From Peptococcaceae bacterium UBA3933 (GTDB lineage Bacteria > Bacillota > Peptococcia > Peptococcales > BICA1-8): a DNA stretch of 55,942 nucleotides. Numbering within the stretch: position 1 is the first letter of the stretch; each line of letters begins with the position of its first letter. The notes under the pieces were generated by a model that ran no database searches, was not told the DNA's origin, and saw only the letters and a program-made list of their open reading frames with translations. The translations under genes were made by a program, and so were the position numbers. The stretch is from contig DGEF01000124.1 of assembly GCA_002385805.1 (NCBI GenBank), forward strand, positions 1-55,942, read 5' to 3'. Positions 46,590 through 55,942 of the stretch are shown one piece after another.

Positions 46590-47032
46590 TCATTCTCCTT
46601 TCGCCATTTTTCAAAGAGTCCCAGACCTTTTGCATTTAAAACCACATCAATTTGGGAATTATACGGTTTTATGTCCAGGACCGGGCTTTTATCTAAAGCG
46701 TCCATTCCTTTTACTTTTAGCAGATTTCCTTTTCTCTCCAGTAAATCCACTACATTAAAAGCTATGGGATTAGGCCGGTGAGGTGATCTGGTTGCAAATA
46801 CACCGTGAAGTTTTGTATCCCAAGGTGTGGTAACCTGGAGCAAATCCCGTTGGGCCCGGTCACACCAGTACAAAACGATTAAATGGGATACCATCTCCAA
46901 ATCTTTTAATCCGGCAGAATACTTCTCGAATATTTCTATTGTAAAAACATCCATTTTCATTCTTCCTTGAGGTGGCGCATCCTTCGTTTCCCGATAGGGT
47001 GAATGAATTATGCCAATCGGTACTAAATTCAT
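46586..47032 (-). CDS. TsaA/TrmO (YaeB)-family SAM-dependent methyltransferase-like protein
   Basis: PIGIIHSPYRETKDAPPQG, GVFATRSPHRPNPIAF, and SPVLDIKPY. Confidence 0.8.
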   Translation of the reverse strand: MNLVPIGIIHSPYRETKDAPPQGRMKMDVFTIEIFEKYSAGLKDLEMVSHLIVLYWCDRAQRDLLQVTTPWDTKLHGVFATRSPHRPNPIAFNVVDLLERKGNLLKVKGMDALDKSPVLDIKPYNSQIDVVLNAKGLGLFEKWRKENE

Positions 47033-47047
47033 AAATATATAGCCTCC

Positions 47048-48706
47048 TTAAAAATCCGAAAAATTTGCGGTGGCTTGTAATAATTTTCGGGTATAGGGAT
47101 GTTGAGGTAGGCTGAAAATCTGGGTGCTTAAACCCCTTTCCACCACTTGGCCGTCTTTTAAGACAAAAACCCGATCACTTACCTTACGAGCCAAAGCTAG
47201 GTCATGGGTGATGAAAAGAATGCTTAAACCCCTTTTTTCCTGTAAATCCATGATCAACCTCATGATTTTGGCCTGGATACTGGCATCCAGAGCTGAAGTA
47301 GGTTCATCGGCAATTAATAGTTTGGGTTCTAAGACTAACGCCCTTGCAATGGCCAGCCGCTGCAGTTCTCCGCCACTTAAATGGTGGGCATACCGGTTTA
47401 AAAATTCATCCTCATCGGGTAGCTCCACATCTCGTAAAGCTTTCTTTGCCTTGTGGATTCTTTCCTCAGGAGTGCCTAGCTTTTGAATAACCAGGGGCTC
47501 ACACACCGTCTCCAAAACATTGAGTCGGTGACTGATACAGTCCTGGGGGTTTTGGAAAATCATCTGGACTTTTTGATAAAATTCCTTATTCCATTTAACT
47601 ATTTTTTCCCCTTGAAAGTAAATACTGCCCTGATTAGCCTTTTCCAAGCCCATTAAACACAGGGCTAAAGTGGTTTTACCGGAACCGCTCTCCCCCACTA
47701 CCGCTACCGTTTCCCCTTCCTCAATATCCAAAGAAACTCCTTTTAAAGCCGTTACTCCCGAATAGACCTTAGTAAGGTCTTCCACTTTTAAAAGGTTGAC
47801 CACTCCTCCCCGCAAACAGGCGATTTCCCTTTCTCCCCTTTTTTCTAGCTTAGGGATTATTTTAGTACAGTCAGCTATCCGCTGGGTACATCTGTTGGCA
47901 AAAACGCACCCTTCCTGCTTCTCTATACCGAAACCGGGTATCCCCTGTAAATCCTTGGTGGCATCAAGAGTAGGAAAAGAACGAACTAACCCCCTCGTAT
48001 AAGGATGGCGGGGATTTTTGAGTATATCCTTAGTTAAACCCAACTCCATAATTCTCCCTTGATAGAGAACAGCTACCCTATTAGCCAGTTGATAAGCGGT
48101 GCTTAAATCATGGGTAACTAAAACCACTGTTTTTTCTGAAAAGACCTCCTTTAATAATTCACAAATCTTTGCTTTAGTCAATCCGTCCAGGGCTGCCGTT
48201 GGTTCATCCAGGATTAATACTTCCGGGTCATTGGTTAAAGCCATGGCTATCAGGGCCCTTTGTTTTTCTCCCCCACTAAGCTGGTGAGGGTACATCTGTC
48301 CCTTTACAGGTGCAAGACCTACTTTGTTTAACAAGTAATAAGCTTTTTTCTGGGCCTCTTTCCTGCTCAAAAGCTCATGTTCCAACATAGGCTCCATTAT
48401 CTGTTCAAGAACGGTCATTACCGGGTTGAAAGACCTATTTAAATCCTGAAAAACCATACTTACTTTATTCCATCTCAATAATCTCCTTTGGGGCTCAGGT
48501 AAAGATAAAAAATCCACCCCTTGGTAGATGATCTGGCCCTCCACATTGCCCGGACATAAGCCCATGAGACTTAAAGCCAGAGTTGTTTTACCTGCACCTG
48601 ATTCACCGATAACGGCTAATACATCCCCTTTGGGTACGGTAAGATTCAATTCTTTGATAACCGTGTTCCTTCCATAAGTAATTGTTAAGTCTTTAATCTC
48701 CAGCAT
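47048..48706 (-). CDS. fused double-NBD ABC transporter ATPase (Opp/Dpp/Nik D+F type)
   Basis: Two Walker A motifs (GESGAGKTT, GESGSGKTT), two signature motifs (LSGGEKQR, LSGGELQR) and two Walker B motifs (ILDEPT, IADEPT). Confidence 0.9.
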   Translation of the reverse strand: MLEIKDLTITYGRNTVIKELNLTVPKGDVLAVIGESGAGKTTLALSLMGLCPGNVEGQIIYQGVDFLSLPEPQRRLLRWNKVSMVFQDLNRSFNPVMTVLEQIMEPMLEHELLSRKEAQKKAYYLLNKVGLAPVKGQMYPHQLSGGEKQRALIAMALTNDPEVLILDEPTAALDGLTKAKICELLKEVFSEKTVVLVTHDLSTAYQLANRVAVLYQGRIMELGLTKDILKNPRHPYTRGLVRSFPTLDATKDLQGIPGFGIEKQEGCVFANRCTQRIADCTKIIPKLEKRGEREIACLRGGVVNLLKVEDLTKVYSGVTALKGVSLDIEEGETVAVVGESGSGKTTLALCLMGLEKANQGSIYFQGEKIVKWNKEFYQKVQMIFQNPQDCISHRLNVLETVCEPLVIQKLGTPEERIHKAKKALRDVELPDEDEFLNRYAHHLSGGELQRLAIARALVLEPKLLIADEPTSALDASIQAKIMRLIMDLQEKRGLSILFITHDLALARKVSDRVFVLKDGQVVERGLSTQIFSLPQHPYTRKLLQATANFSDF

Positions 48707-49541
48707 TTTTTCCCACCTTTAGCCGCGGATTTAAGATTTCCTCCAGGGTGTACCCTAAGAAAGAGAAAGCCATTACCGTCAATGATAAACCTAGAGCCGG
48801 AGGAAGCAGCCAGTACCAATTATTTAAATAAGAATACTGTAAAGCCCGGTTGATAATCGTACCCCAGCTAATTAAAAGAGGGTCGCTAATACCCAAAAAG
48901 GCCAACCCGGCTTCCATAAATACGGCCCTTCGGGCATGAGCAATAAAGGAAGAAGCCAAAATGGGCCCCAAATCGGGAATAATGTGTTTGACCAGAATAT
49001 AGAAAGTACCGGCCCCAAAGGTTTTGGCGGCCTTAATATGACTTTTCTCTTGTAAAGTAAGGGTCTGGGCCCGAATGATTCGAGCACACCCGGGCCAGTT
49101 AAAGATTGAAAGGACAATAACCATCGTCACCGGTCCCGGTCTTAAATAGGCAGCGGTTAACAGCAACAATAAAATATTAGGGATAATCAAAAAAATATCA
49201 ATCAACCTCAAAACAAACCTTTCGTAAATCCCCCTCAATAAAGCTGCACTGCAACCGATAAAGACAGCTAAAGTCACTGTAAGTATCCCCACCGATAAAG
49301 CAGTAATAAAAGAGGTCCTGGCCCCGAAAATCACCCTGCTCCAAATATCCTGGCCCAAATCATTGGTACCCAGCCAGTGTTTTTGGGAAGGGGGTTGAAA
49401 AATATTTTCCGATACCTGGCGGGGAGAGTATGCCGTTAAAACAGGTGCCAGAAAGGCAATACTTAAGATTAAAGCTAAAAAGATTATCCCTAACCTGCCC
49501 AACCTGTTTTCTTTAAACCCGCGAACATAATTAATATGCAT
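48693..49541 (-). CDS. ABC transporter permease (DppC/OppC/NikC-like)
   Basis: 6 TM helices, a BPD-transporter EAA-like loop (AAKTFGAG), and a conserved LGTNDLGQD. Confidence 0.85.
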   Translation of the reverse strand: MHINYVRGFKENRLGRLGIIFLALILSIAFLAPVLTAYSPRQVSENIFQPPSQKHWLGTNDLGQDIWSRVIFGARTSFITALSVGILTVTLAVFIGCSAALLRGIYERFVLRLIDIFLIIPNILLLLLTAAYLRPGPVTMVIVLSIFNWPGCARIIRAQTLTLQEKSHIKAAKTFGAGTFYILVKHIIPDLGPILASSFIAHARRAVFMEAGLAFLGISDPLLISWGTIINRALQYSYLNNWYWLLPPALGLSLTVMAFSFLGYTLEEILNPRLKVGKNAGD

Positions 49542-50502
49542 TGTTCTTCACCCTTGGATCAATTCGGGGATAAATTAACTCCACGAAAAAATTAATCAAT
49601 AAAATTACTACCGCCACTAAGAAAAAAACTCCTTGAATTAAAGGAAAATCCCGACCTAAAATAGCCCGGTAGATCAATAAACCCATCCCCGGATAAGCAA
49701 AAATCGTTTCAATAAACAGTGCTCCCGTAAATAACCGGCCCAATCTTACCCCTGTACGGGTAACAATGGGCAAAAGTGAATTCCTTCCCACATGCCGGTA
49801 TCTGATATTTTTGGGCTTAATCCCTTTAGCCCTCGCCGTAAGAATAAAAGGCTCCTCTAAAAGAGTAACCACCGTTGTTCGTGTTAACAAATAACAGGAA
49901 GCAATCTCCGTCAACACTAAAGCCGATAAAGGTAAAAACAAGTGATGGAGAACATCTAATAATAGGCTCACTCCTGTTAATTGACTATAAGGGGTCATTG
50001 CCCCTCCTAAAGGAAACAGACCTAAAACCACCCCAAATAATAAGAGGAGAAAAAGGCCAATTACCAGATCCGGGAAACCGTTAAGGAACATAAAACCCGT
50101 CAGCAACCCTTGGTCCGCTAACCTGCCTTTACGCCACCCGGACTCTACACCTAGAATAAATCCTATCAGAGTAGAAATAATCAGGGCCAAACCTGTTAAC
50201 AATAGAGTCCACGGCAAAGCACCTAAAAGGAGGTCAAGAACAGGTCCCTGAAAGTAATAAGAGTAACCCAGGTCACCTTTTACAATTCCACTTAAATAAT
50301 TAAAAAACTGTTCCCATAGGGGTTTATCTAAGCCCATCCTCCGAGTTAATTCAACTTTCGCCTCCGGAGTCATGGTAATTAAGGCATCCTCACCGTAAAT
50401 GGATAGCAAAGGGTCACCGGGCAATAGCCGGGGAAGAAAAAAGTTTAAGGATATTACTATTACCAGAGCCATCAGATAATCAATTATTCTTTTTCTTCCC
50501 AT
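49531..50502 (-). CDS. ABC transporter permease (DppB/OppB/NikB-like)
   Basis: LPGDP N-terminal motif and the EAA loop TARAKGIK. Confidence 0.85.
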   Translation of the reverse strand: MGRKRIIDYLMALVIVISLNFFLPRLLPGDPLLSIYGEDALITMTPEAKVELTRRMGLDKPLWEQFFNYLSGIVKGDLGYSYYFQGPVLDLLLGALPWTLLLTGLALIISTLIGFILGVESGWRKGRLADQGLLTGFMFLNGFPDLVIGLFLLLLFGVVLGLFPLGGAMTPYSQLTGVSLLLDVLHHLFLPLSALVLTEIASCYLLTRTTVVTLLEEPFILTARAKGIKPKNIRYRHVGRNSLLPIVTRTGVRLGRLFTGALFIETIFAYPGMGLLIYRAILGRDFPLIQGVFFLVAVVILLINFFVELIYPRIDPRVKNNAY

Positions 50503-50522
50503 AACTAAAGCCCCCTCTCTTT

Positions 50523-52079
50523 TTATTCAATGAAAGACAGTTTATTTAAAGGTACAGGTATGCCGGAAGCTAATCCTCCCAGAGTATAATACAGATTCAC
50601 CTGATTGTCTCGCACCTGATAAGAATTGGGATAGTATAAAGTTAAAGCAGGTAAATCTTCCGCATATAATTTCTGGATTTGGGCCAGTACTTCCTTTCTC
50701 TCTGAAACATCAATGATTGTTAACTGTTTTTCCAAAAGCTCCTTCAATTCCTGGTTTGAATGATAACGGGCACTATGAAAACTATCTCCTAAAACCATAT
50801 TGTTCACAAACTGAGGGTCCCCTCCTAACCCCCCATGGCCGCTTAAAACCATTTGAAAAGCCCATTCTTGGGTACGGGCATCCACGGTTTTATCATCCAG
50901 GACCCTTATTTCCAAGGATATACCTATCTTTTCCAGGTCATTTTTAATAAGTTCCGCATCACTGCTGAATCTGGCGGAAGTAAGCAGCTCCAGTTTAAGG
51001 GTTTCTCCACCGTAACCCATTTCCTTTAAAAGCTCCCGAGCTTTCTCAGGATTATATTCATATTGCTCTACTTCAGGATAATACCAGGGACTGTCCGGGG
51101 GGATAAAGCCCGGGTTACCCTCTAAACCATGACCCCTTTGGGAGATATTGACCAACTTTTCCCTATCAATTCCGTAAGCAATAGCCTGACGGAACCTTAG
51201 GTCACTAAAGGGTTCCTGGCGGAGATTAAACTTAAGCTTGGCGTTCCAGTTGTAATCAGAGATTAAAACGGTATAACCCTTTTCTTTAAAGGTATCTATC
51301 ATCTCCGGAGGTACGGGACCCGCATTAACCTCACCTCTTAGGATTGCCTGGGGAATCATCTGCTCATTAAGCTTAATGAACCGCAACCTTTCAACTTTAG
51401 GTTGACCCAAATAGTAGTTGTCATTTCGCTCATAAAGATAAGTACCCTGCTCTTTATTATAATCCACTAATTTAAAAGGGCCGGTGCCGATAAGGGCATC
51501 CTCCTCTGTATATTCCAGAGGATTATCAATGTTTTGGTAAATGTGCTCCGGTAAAATAGGCATTGTTCCTGCCACATTAACTATAAAAGGAGCATAGTCC
51601 TTTTCCAAATATACCTTAACCTCTTCATCGTTAAGAGCAACCACTTCTTTTACTACGCCTGTATCCACCCAGGAATAAGGATGCTTTTTTAGATAAGAAA
51701 AAGTAAAGACTACATCACTGGCGGTAAAATATTCTCCATCATGCCACTTTACCCCAGGTCTCAGTTGAAAAATAAAAGCCTTTTCCTCCTCTATATACTC
51801 CCAATCTTTAGCTAAAGCACCTACCAAATTTCCGGTTTCGTCCTTCCAGAGAAGAGTATCAAAAATTAAACTCATTCGAACATAACCGGGACCCCGGTTA
51901 TAATGAGTAAAAGGTGCCGGAAATCCCCAATCCCCGGTAGTATCAGCAATTGTGTAGACCTGGGGATTGCTGTTACATGCCGAAAAAATGAATAAAGAAA
52001 AAATCAAAATTAACAAAAACGTAGTTAATCTATTTCGCACAAAAGCTCCCCTCCCAATTAAGAAAAATAAAAAAGCCAT
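50523..52079 (-). CDS. family-5 solute-binding lipoprotein (DppA/OppA/NikA-like)
   Basis: Lipobox FIFSAC, in a periplasmic-binding-protein family 5-like sequence of about 500 aa. The start is ATG 52079 or TTG 52082. Confidence 0.85.
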   Translation of the reverse strand: MAFLFFLIGRGAFVRNRLTTFLLILIFSLFIFSACNSNPQVYTIADTTGDWGFPAPFTHYNRGPGYVRMSLIFDTLLWKDETGNLVGALAKDWEYIEEEKAFIFQLRPGVKWHDGEYFTASDVVFTFSYLKKHPYSWVDTGVVKEVVALNDEEVKVYLEKDYAPFIVNVAGTMPILPEHIYQNIDNPLEYTEEDALIGTGPFKLVDYNKEQGTYLYERNDNYYLGQPKVERLRFIKLNEQMIPQAILRGEVNAGPVPPEMIDTFKEKGYTVLISDYNWNAKLKFNLRQEPFSDLRFRQAIAYGIDREKLVNISQRGHGLEGNPGFIPPDSPWYYPEVEQYEYNPEKARELLKEMGYGGETLKLELLTSARFSSDAELIKNDLEKIGISLEIRVLDDKTVDARTQEWAFQMVLSGHGGLGGDPQFVNNMVLGDSFHSARYHSNQELKELLEKQLTIIDVSERKEVLAQIQKLYAEDLPALTLYYPNSYQVRDNQVNLYYTLGGLASGIPVPLNKLSFIE

Positions 52080-52395
52080 CAAGACCTACCTCCGTTATTA
52101 GGTAGACCTTCATGGCTTCTATGCTTCCTTCTAGGCCAGCATTGACAGAAAATTTAATCCCAAAAATAATCTCAGTAGTACTATTTCATAAGTACAGTTT
52201 CGCATGATGAATAAATCTATTATTATTACTTCTACTTCTTGAAACCTTTAAAAATTCCTCCTTAGCCTGATAATATTTTTTTATAGCAAACTTATTAAAA
52301 TAAAATCAGCAATTGGTTCATCTAGTGCAAAAATTCCTTCTGTGTTAAAATTTATATTATGCGCTCACCAAGGATTTACATTAGGAGGGTTTACT

Positions 52396-53241
52396 TTGCA
52401 TCCGTTAATTGCTGATCTACTGCTTTTACTTGTAGCCCTTGTCTGGGGGCTAACCTTCCCAGCCATTAAAGGAGCTTTGGAAGGTATTGGCCCTTATGCT
52501 TTTTTAGCTATCAGATTCAGTCTAGCCAGTATCTTTTTAATAATAGTTTATTTAAGGAAAATACGTACTATTAATAAGTATTGCATGCAAGCCGGTTTCT
52601 TCATCGGCTTTGTTCTTTTTGGGGCCTATGCTTTGCAAACAATAGGTATCCAATATACCACTGCCTCTAATGCTGCATTTATTTCCGGACTGACGGTGGT
52701 TTTAGTACCTTTACTTAATATTCCCTTTTCTAAACAGCTGCCCAATTTTTATGCTTTATTAGGGGCTATATCTGCTACTTTTGGTTTAGGTTTATTATCT
52801 TTAAACTCTAGTTTCAGCATTAACTTTGGTGACTTTCTAGTATTATTATGTGCTTTTTGTTTTGCTTTGCAAATTATATTAGTTGGTAGGTTTGCTCCAA
52901 ATACAGACTCGGAATTACTGACAATAATCCAAATTACAATAGTTGCGTTTTTCAGTGGCCTTTTTACTTTGAACTTAGAAACATTACCGGAAAAATTCAC
53001 AAGTGAAGTTTGGCTGGGCTTAGCCATAACGGCAATCCCCGCCACATCTTTGGCCTATTTAATTCAAAATAAAGTTCAGCAGTTTACTTCACCGGCTCGA
53101 ACAGCTATCGCCTTTTCCATGGAGCCGGTCTTTGGAGCAATCTTTTCTTATTTCTGGCTTCAGGAAACTCTGACTACTCAGGGGCTGATAGGCTGTGGTT
53201 TTGTTCTTTTAGGAATGTTAATTGCGGAACTTAAAAGTTAA
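52396..53241 (+). CDS. EamA/DMT-family transporter
   Basis: 10 TM helices in two EamA-like repeats (ALVWGLTFPAIK...). TTG 52396 lies after AGGAGGG; the track start is 52342. Confidence 0.8.
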   Translation: MHPLIADLLLLLVALVWGLTFPAIKGALEGIGPYAFLAIRFSLASIFLIIVYLRKIRTINKYCMQAGFFIGFVLFGAYALQTIGIQYTTASNAAFISGLTVVLVPLLNIPFSKQLPNFYALLGAISATFGLGLLSLNSSFSINFGDFLVLLCAFCFALQIILVGRFAPNTDSELLTIIQITIVAFFSGLFTLNLETLPEKFTSEVWLGLAITAIPATSLAYLIQNKVQQFTSPARTAIAFSMEPVFGAIFSYFWLQETLTTQGLIGCGFVLLGMLIAELKS

Positions 53242-53268
53242 AAAGGAGACTCACAGGAGTCTCCTTTT
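53241..53268. terminator. bidirectional terminator
   Basis: AAAAGGAGACTC-ACAG-GAGTCTCCTTTT. Confidence 0.85.
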
Positions 53269-53275
53269 CAGAGGG

Positions 53276-53863
53276 CTAGCTTTTAACAAATTTTTCGATC
53301 CATTCCTGTACTTCTTCTACACCCTGCCCTGTTTCCGCAGAGAAAATAACCAAAGGTTGAGAAGAAGGGAGCTTCAATTTTTCCTTTATTTGTTTGGTAT
53401 GTTTCTGCCACTGCCCGCGGGAAATTTTATCCGCTTTAGTGGCTACAATCAGTGTGGGCAACTGATAGAATTGTAACCATTCATACATAGTTAAATCATC
53501 ATTAGTAGGCTCATGACGGATATCAACAACTTGGATTACTCCCCGAAGTTCTTTTCTCCCTTTAAGATACTCTTCGATAAATTTAGCCCATTGTTCTTTA
53601 ATCTTTTGAGATACTTTGGCAAAACCATAACCGGGCAAATCCACAAAGAAAAATTCTTCATTGATCCGATAAAAATTTAAGGCTTGAGTTTTACCGGGTC
53701 GCCCGCTGGTACGGGCCAGGTTTTTACGGTTAATCACCTTATTTATTAAAGAAGATTTTCCTACATTAGACCTACCCGCTAAGGCTATCTCCGGTAAACC
53801 CTCATTAGGATACTGTTTTTTACTTACGGCACTGATCACAAATTGAGAACTTTTAATAATCAC
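53276..53863 (-). CDS. engB: ribosome biogenesis GTPase YsxC/EngB
   Basis: GRSNVGKSSLIN G1 motif, DLPGYG, and TKADK. Lies directly downstream of lon, as in Bacillus. Confidence 0.95.
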   Translation of the reverse strand: MIIKSSQFVISAVSKKQYPNEGLPEIALAGRSNVGKSSLINKVINRKNLARTSGRPGKTQALNFYRINEEFFFVDLPGYGFAKVSQKIKEQWAKFIEEYLKGRKELRGVIQVVDIRHEPTNDDLTMYEWLQFYQLPTLIVATKADKISRGQWQKHTKQIKEKLKLPSSQPLVIFSAETGQGVEEVQEWIEKFVKS

Positions 53864-55923
53864 TATTCTTCCTCCACTAATGCTTTTTCCAATACCTGAT
53901 CCATGTTTTCCACCAAGAAAAACTCCAGTTTTCTCTTAATATTAGCAGGTATATCTTCTAAGTCTTTTTTGTTTTCTGCAGGTAATATTATCAACTTACT
54001 ACCGGCACGGTGAGCTGCTAAAACCTTTTCTTTAATTCCACCTACAGGAAGAACCCTGCCTCTGAGAGTGATTTCACCGGTCATCGCCACGTCTTTTCTA
54101 ATTTTTCTTTTAGATAAAGCCGAGGCTAAAGCGGTAGCCATTGTTATTCCCGCAGAGGGACCGTCTTTAGGGATAGCCCCTTCCGGCACATGTATATGTA
54201 TATCATAGTTTTCATAAAAATCCGGTTCTATGTTTAATTCTTTAGCTTTACTCCTCACATAGCTAAAACCGGCTTGAGCTGATTCTTTCATGACTTCACC
54301 TAGCTTACCGGTTAAAAGCAGTTTCCCTTTACCAGGCAATAAGGAAACTTCTATCTGTAAGATGTCTCCGCCTGCTTCAGTCCAAGCTAAACCGGTTGCC
54401 ACCCCAATTTCATTTTCGTTTTCTGTTGTTCCGTACCTGTAACGGGGAATGCCTAAGAATTTATCTAAATTTTGGGTGGTAACTCTTACTTTCTTTCCTG
54501 GGTTTTTTACAATTTCCTTAGCTGCTTTACGGCAGATGCCGGCAATTTCCCTTTCCAGATTCCGTACACCGGCTTCCCGGGTATAATGCCTGATAATTTT
54601 CAAAACAGTATTCTCTGAAATTTGCAGGTCTTCCTCATTTAAACCGTGTTCTTTGCGCTGTTTGGGCAGTAAGTACCTTAAAGCAATCTGCAGTTTTTCC
54701 TCTTCCGTATAACTGGAAATCTCGATAACTTCCATTCTATCTAAAAGAGGCCTAGGGATATTATAAATAACATTAGCTGTAGTTATAAACATTACATTGG
54801 AAAGATCAAAAGGAACCTCGAGAAAATGGTCACTGAAACTGTTGTTCTGTTCCGGATCCAAAACCTCCAATAAGGCAGCAGAAGGGTCTCCCCGAAAGTC
54901 CATACTCATTTTGTCAATTTCATCAAGGAGAAAAACGGGATTATTAGAACCTGCATTGCGCATTCCCTGAATTATTCTGCCGGGAAGAGCTCCTACATAA
55001 GTCCGGCGGTGTCCTCTGATTTCTGCCTCATCTCTAACCCCACCTAAAGAAATCCTAACAAATTTTCTTTCCATTGCCCGTGCAATGGATTTCGCCAAAG
55101 AAGTTTTTCCCACTCCCGGTGGGCCAACAAAACAAATAATGGGGCCTTTCATTTTTTTAGTCAACTGCCTAACCGCCAAATACTCTAAAATCCGTTCCTT
55201 AGCCTTTTTTAAACCATAATGGTCTGCATCTAATATTTCCCGGGCCACATCTATGTCCAACCGGTCCTCAGTCTGTATACTCCAAGGTAAAGATACTAGC
55301 CAGTCTAAATAATTTCTTATCACCGCGGACTCAGCAACCATGGGAGGCATTTTTTCAAAACGTTCTACTTCTTTTAAGGCCTTCTCTTCTACCTCAGGAG
55401 GCAAATTAGCTTCAGCGATCCTTTCCCTTAATTCATCCGCTTCCGCTAACCGCTCGTCTTTTTCTCCCAGTTCTTTTTGAATTGCTTTTAACTGTTCCCT
55501 TAAATAATATTCTTTTTGAGTTTTTTCCATTTGTTTACGGACACGGGAACTAATTTTGCGTTCTAATTCTAAAATCTCCAACTCCCGGTTTAAAATGGCG
55601 TATAACTTTTCTAAACGTTCTTTAATATCTATTGCTTCCAAAATTTGTTGCTTATCAGAGACCTTAAGAGTGAGATGAGAAGCGATTACATCCACTAAAC
55701 GGCCAGGTTCTTCCAAAGTAACTACAGCAATAACCGTTTCTGAAGGAATTCTTTTACTAATCTTCACATACTGTTCAAATTGAAAAATAACACTTCGCAT
55801 TAATGCTTCCGTTTCCGCACTTTTTTCCGCCTCTACTGCTTCTTCTTCCTTATATTCTTCTAATTCTACTTCCATATACGGATCAAAAGAAGTAAAACGT
55901 AAAGTTTTTGCCCTATGTAATCC
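53863..55923 (-). CDS. lon: ATP-dependent Lon protease, 5'-truncated by the contig end
   Basis: GPPGVGKTS Walker A and the protease-domain motif [15 protein letters not shown]. The N-terminal roughly 100 aa are missing. The apparent start (GTG 55938, MYKRQ) lies in adapter sequence. Confidence 0.95.
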   Translation of the reverse strand, partial: GLHRAKTLRFTSFDPYMEVELEEYKEEEAVEAEKSAETEALMRSVIFQFEQYVKISKRIPSETVIAVVTLEEPGRLVDVIASHLTLKVSDKQQILEAIDIKERLEKLYAILNRELEILELERKISSRVRKQMEKTQKEYYLREQLKAIQKELGEKDERLAEADELRERIAEANLPPEVEEKALKEVERFEKMPPMVAESAVIRNYLDWLVSLPWSIQTEDRLDIDVAREILDADHYGLKKAKERILEYLAVRQLTKKMKGPIICFVGPPGVGKTSLAKSIARAMERKFVRISLGGVRDEAEIRGHRRTYVGALPGRIIQGMRNAGSNNPVFLLDEIDKMSMDFRGDPSAALLEVLDPEQNNSFSDHFLEVPFDLSNVMFITTANVIYNIPRPLLDRMEVIEISSYTEEEKLQIALRYLLPKQRKEHGLNEEDLQISENTVLKIIRHYTREAGVRNLEREIAGICRKAAKEIVKNPGKKVRVTTQNLDKFLGIPRYRYGTTENENEIGVATGLAWTEAGGDILQIEVSLLPGKGKLLLTGKLGEVMKESAQAGFSYVRSKAKELNIEPDFYENYDIHIHVPEGAIPKDGPSAGITMATALASALSKRKIRKDVAMTGEITLRGRVLPVGGIKEKVLAAHRAGSKLIILPAENKKDLEDIPANIKRKLEFFLVENMDQVLEKALVEEE

Positions 55924-55942
55924 CTGTCTCTTATACACATCT
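55924..55942. other. Nextera/Tn5 mosaic-end adapter sequence (non-biological)
   Basis: Exact 19-nt string CTGTCTCTTATACACATCT at the very end of the window. Confidence 0.9.

Noticed and set aside
52083-52340. Possible riboswitch (cobalamin or NiCo) upstream of the ABC operon
   Set aside because: I found no B12-box-like or other conserved riboswitch core. Only short local hairpins are present, one of which partly covers the RBS. That is insufficient evidence.
1-55942. Search for rRNA, tRNA, cas genes, toxin-antitoxin pairs, restriction-modification or other defence cassettes, and prophage genes
   Set aside because: None was recognised by eye in any frame. Apart from the IS, all long ORFs are accounted for by housekeeping, transport, regulatory or metabolic families.

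Overview
This is a 55.9-kb contig end from an anaerobic Bacillota (Clostridia-like) chromosome. Most of it is conserved housekeeping synteny on the minus strand: lon-engB, then valS-folC-SPOR, then maf-radC-mreBCD-pbp2-minCDE-rodA. Also present are tatAC, a Na/Pi transporter, DegV, a CopA copper ATPase and an alternative-haem (Ahb-type) operon. Three accessory blocks stand out:

- **Reductase island (405-10694).** A LysR regulator, an IS1182-type insertion sequence, two tandem paralogous 2-enoate-reductase-like flavo-Fe-S enzymes and two transporters.
- **Rex-headed signalling block (34564-38379).** A DRTGG / CBS-kinase / DRTGG / PHP / GHKL-ATPase gene set with no hydrogenase genes beside it.
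- **Metal-uptake-like operon (45990-52079).** FmdE-like and TrmO-like genes followed by an Opp/Nik-type ABC importer.

The most unusual signal is non-coding. Five large and one small intergenic tracts are built from a shared vocabulary of degenerate short words (GTGGCTAGT/GTGACTAGT, GGGCGAGT, AACCACGGATAAACAC, AACCTTAACC, and 30-33-nt units with GTAATGCCGTC or GATGCATC cores). The words form tandem arrays and long imperfect palindromes. Four of the large tracts lie inside transcription units just upstream of start codons, and one sits inside the valS T-box leader.

Other points:
- A radical-SAM-fold/SPASM protein has lost all three SAM-cluster cysteines.
- There are candidate CsoR and Rex operators.
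- The last 19 nt of the window are the Nextera/Tn5 mosaic-end adapter, an assembly artefact.
- I recognised no rRNA, tRNA, CRISPR array or defence genes.

All protein calls come from motif recognition by eye; no searches were run.
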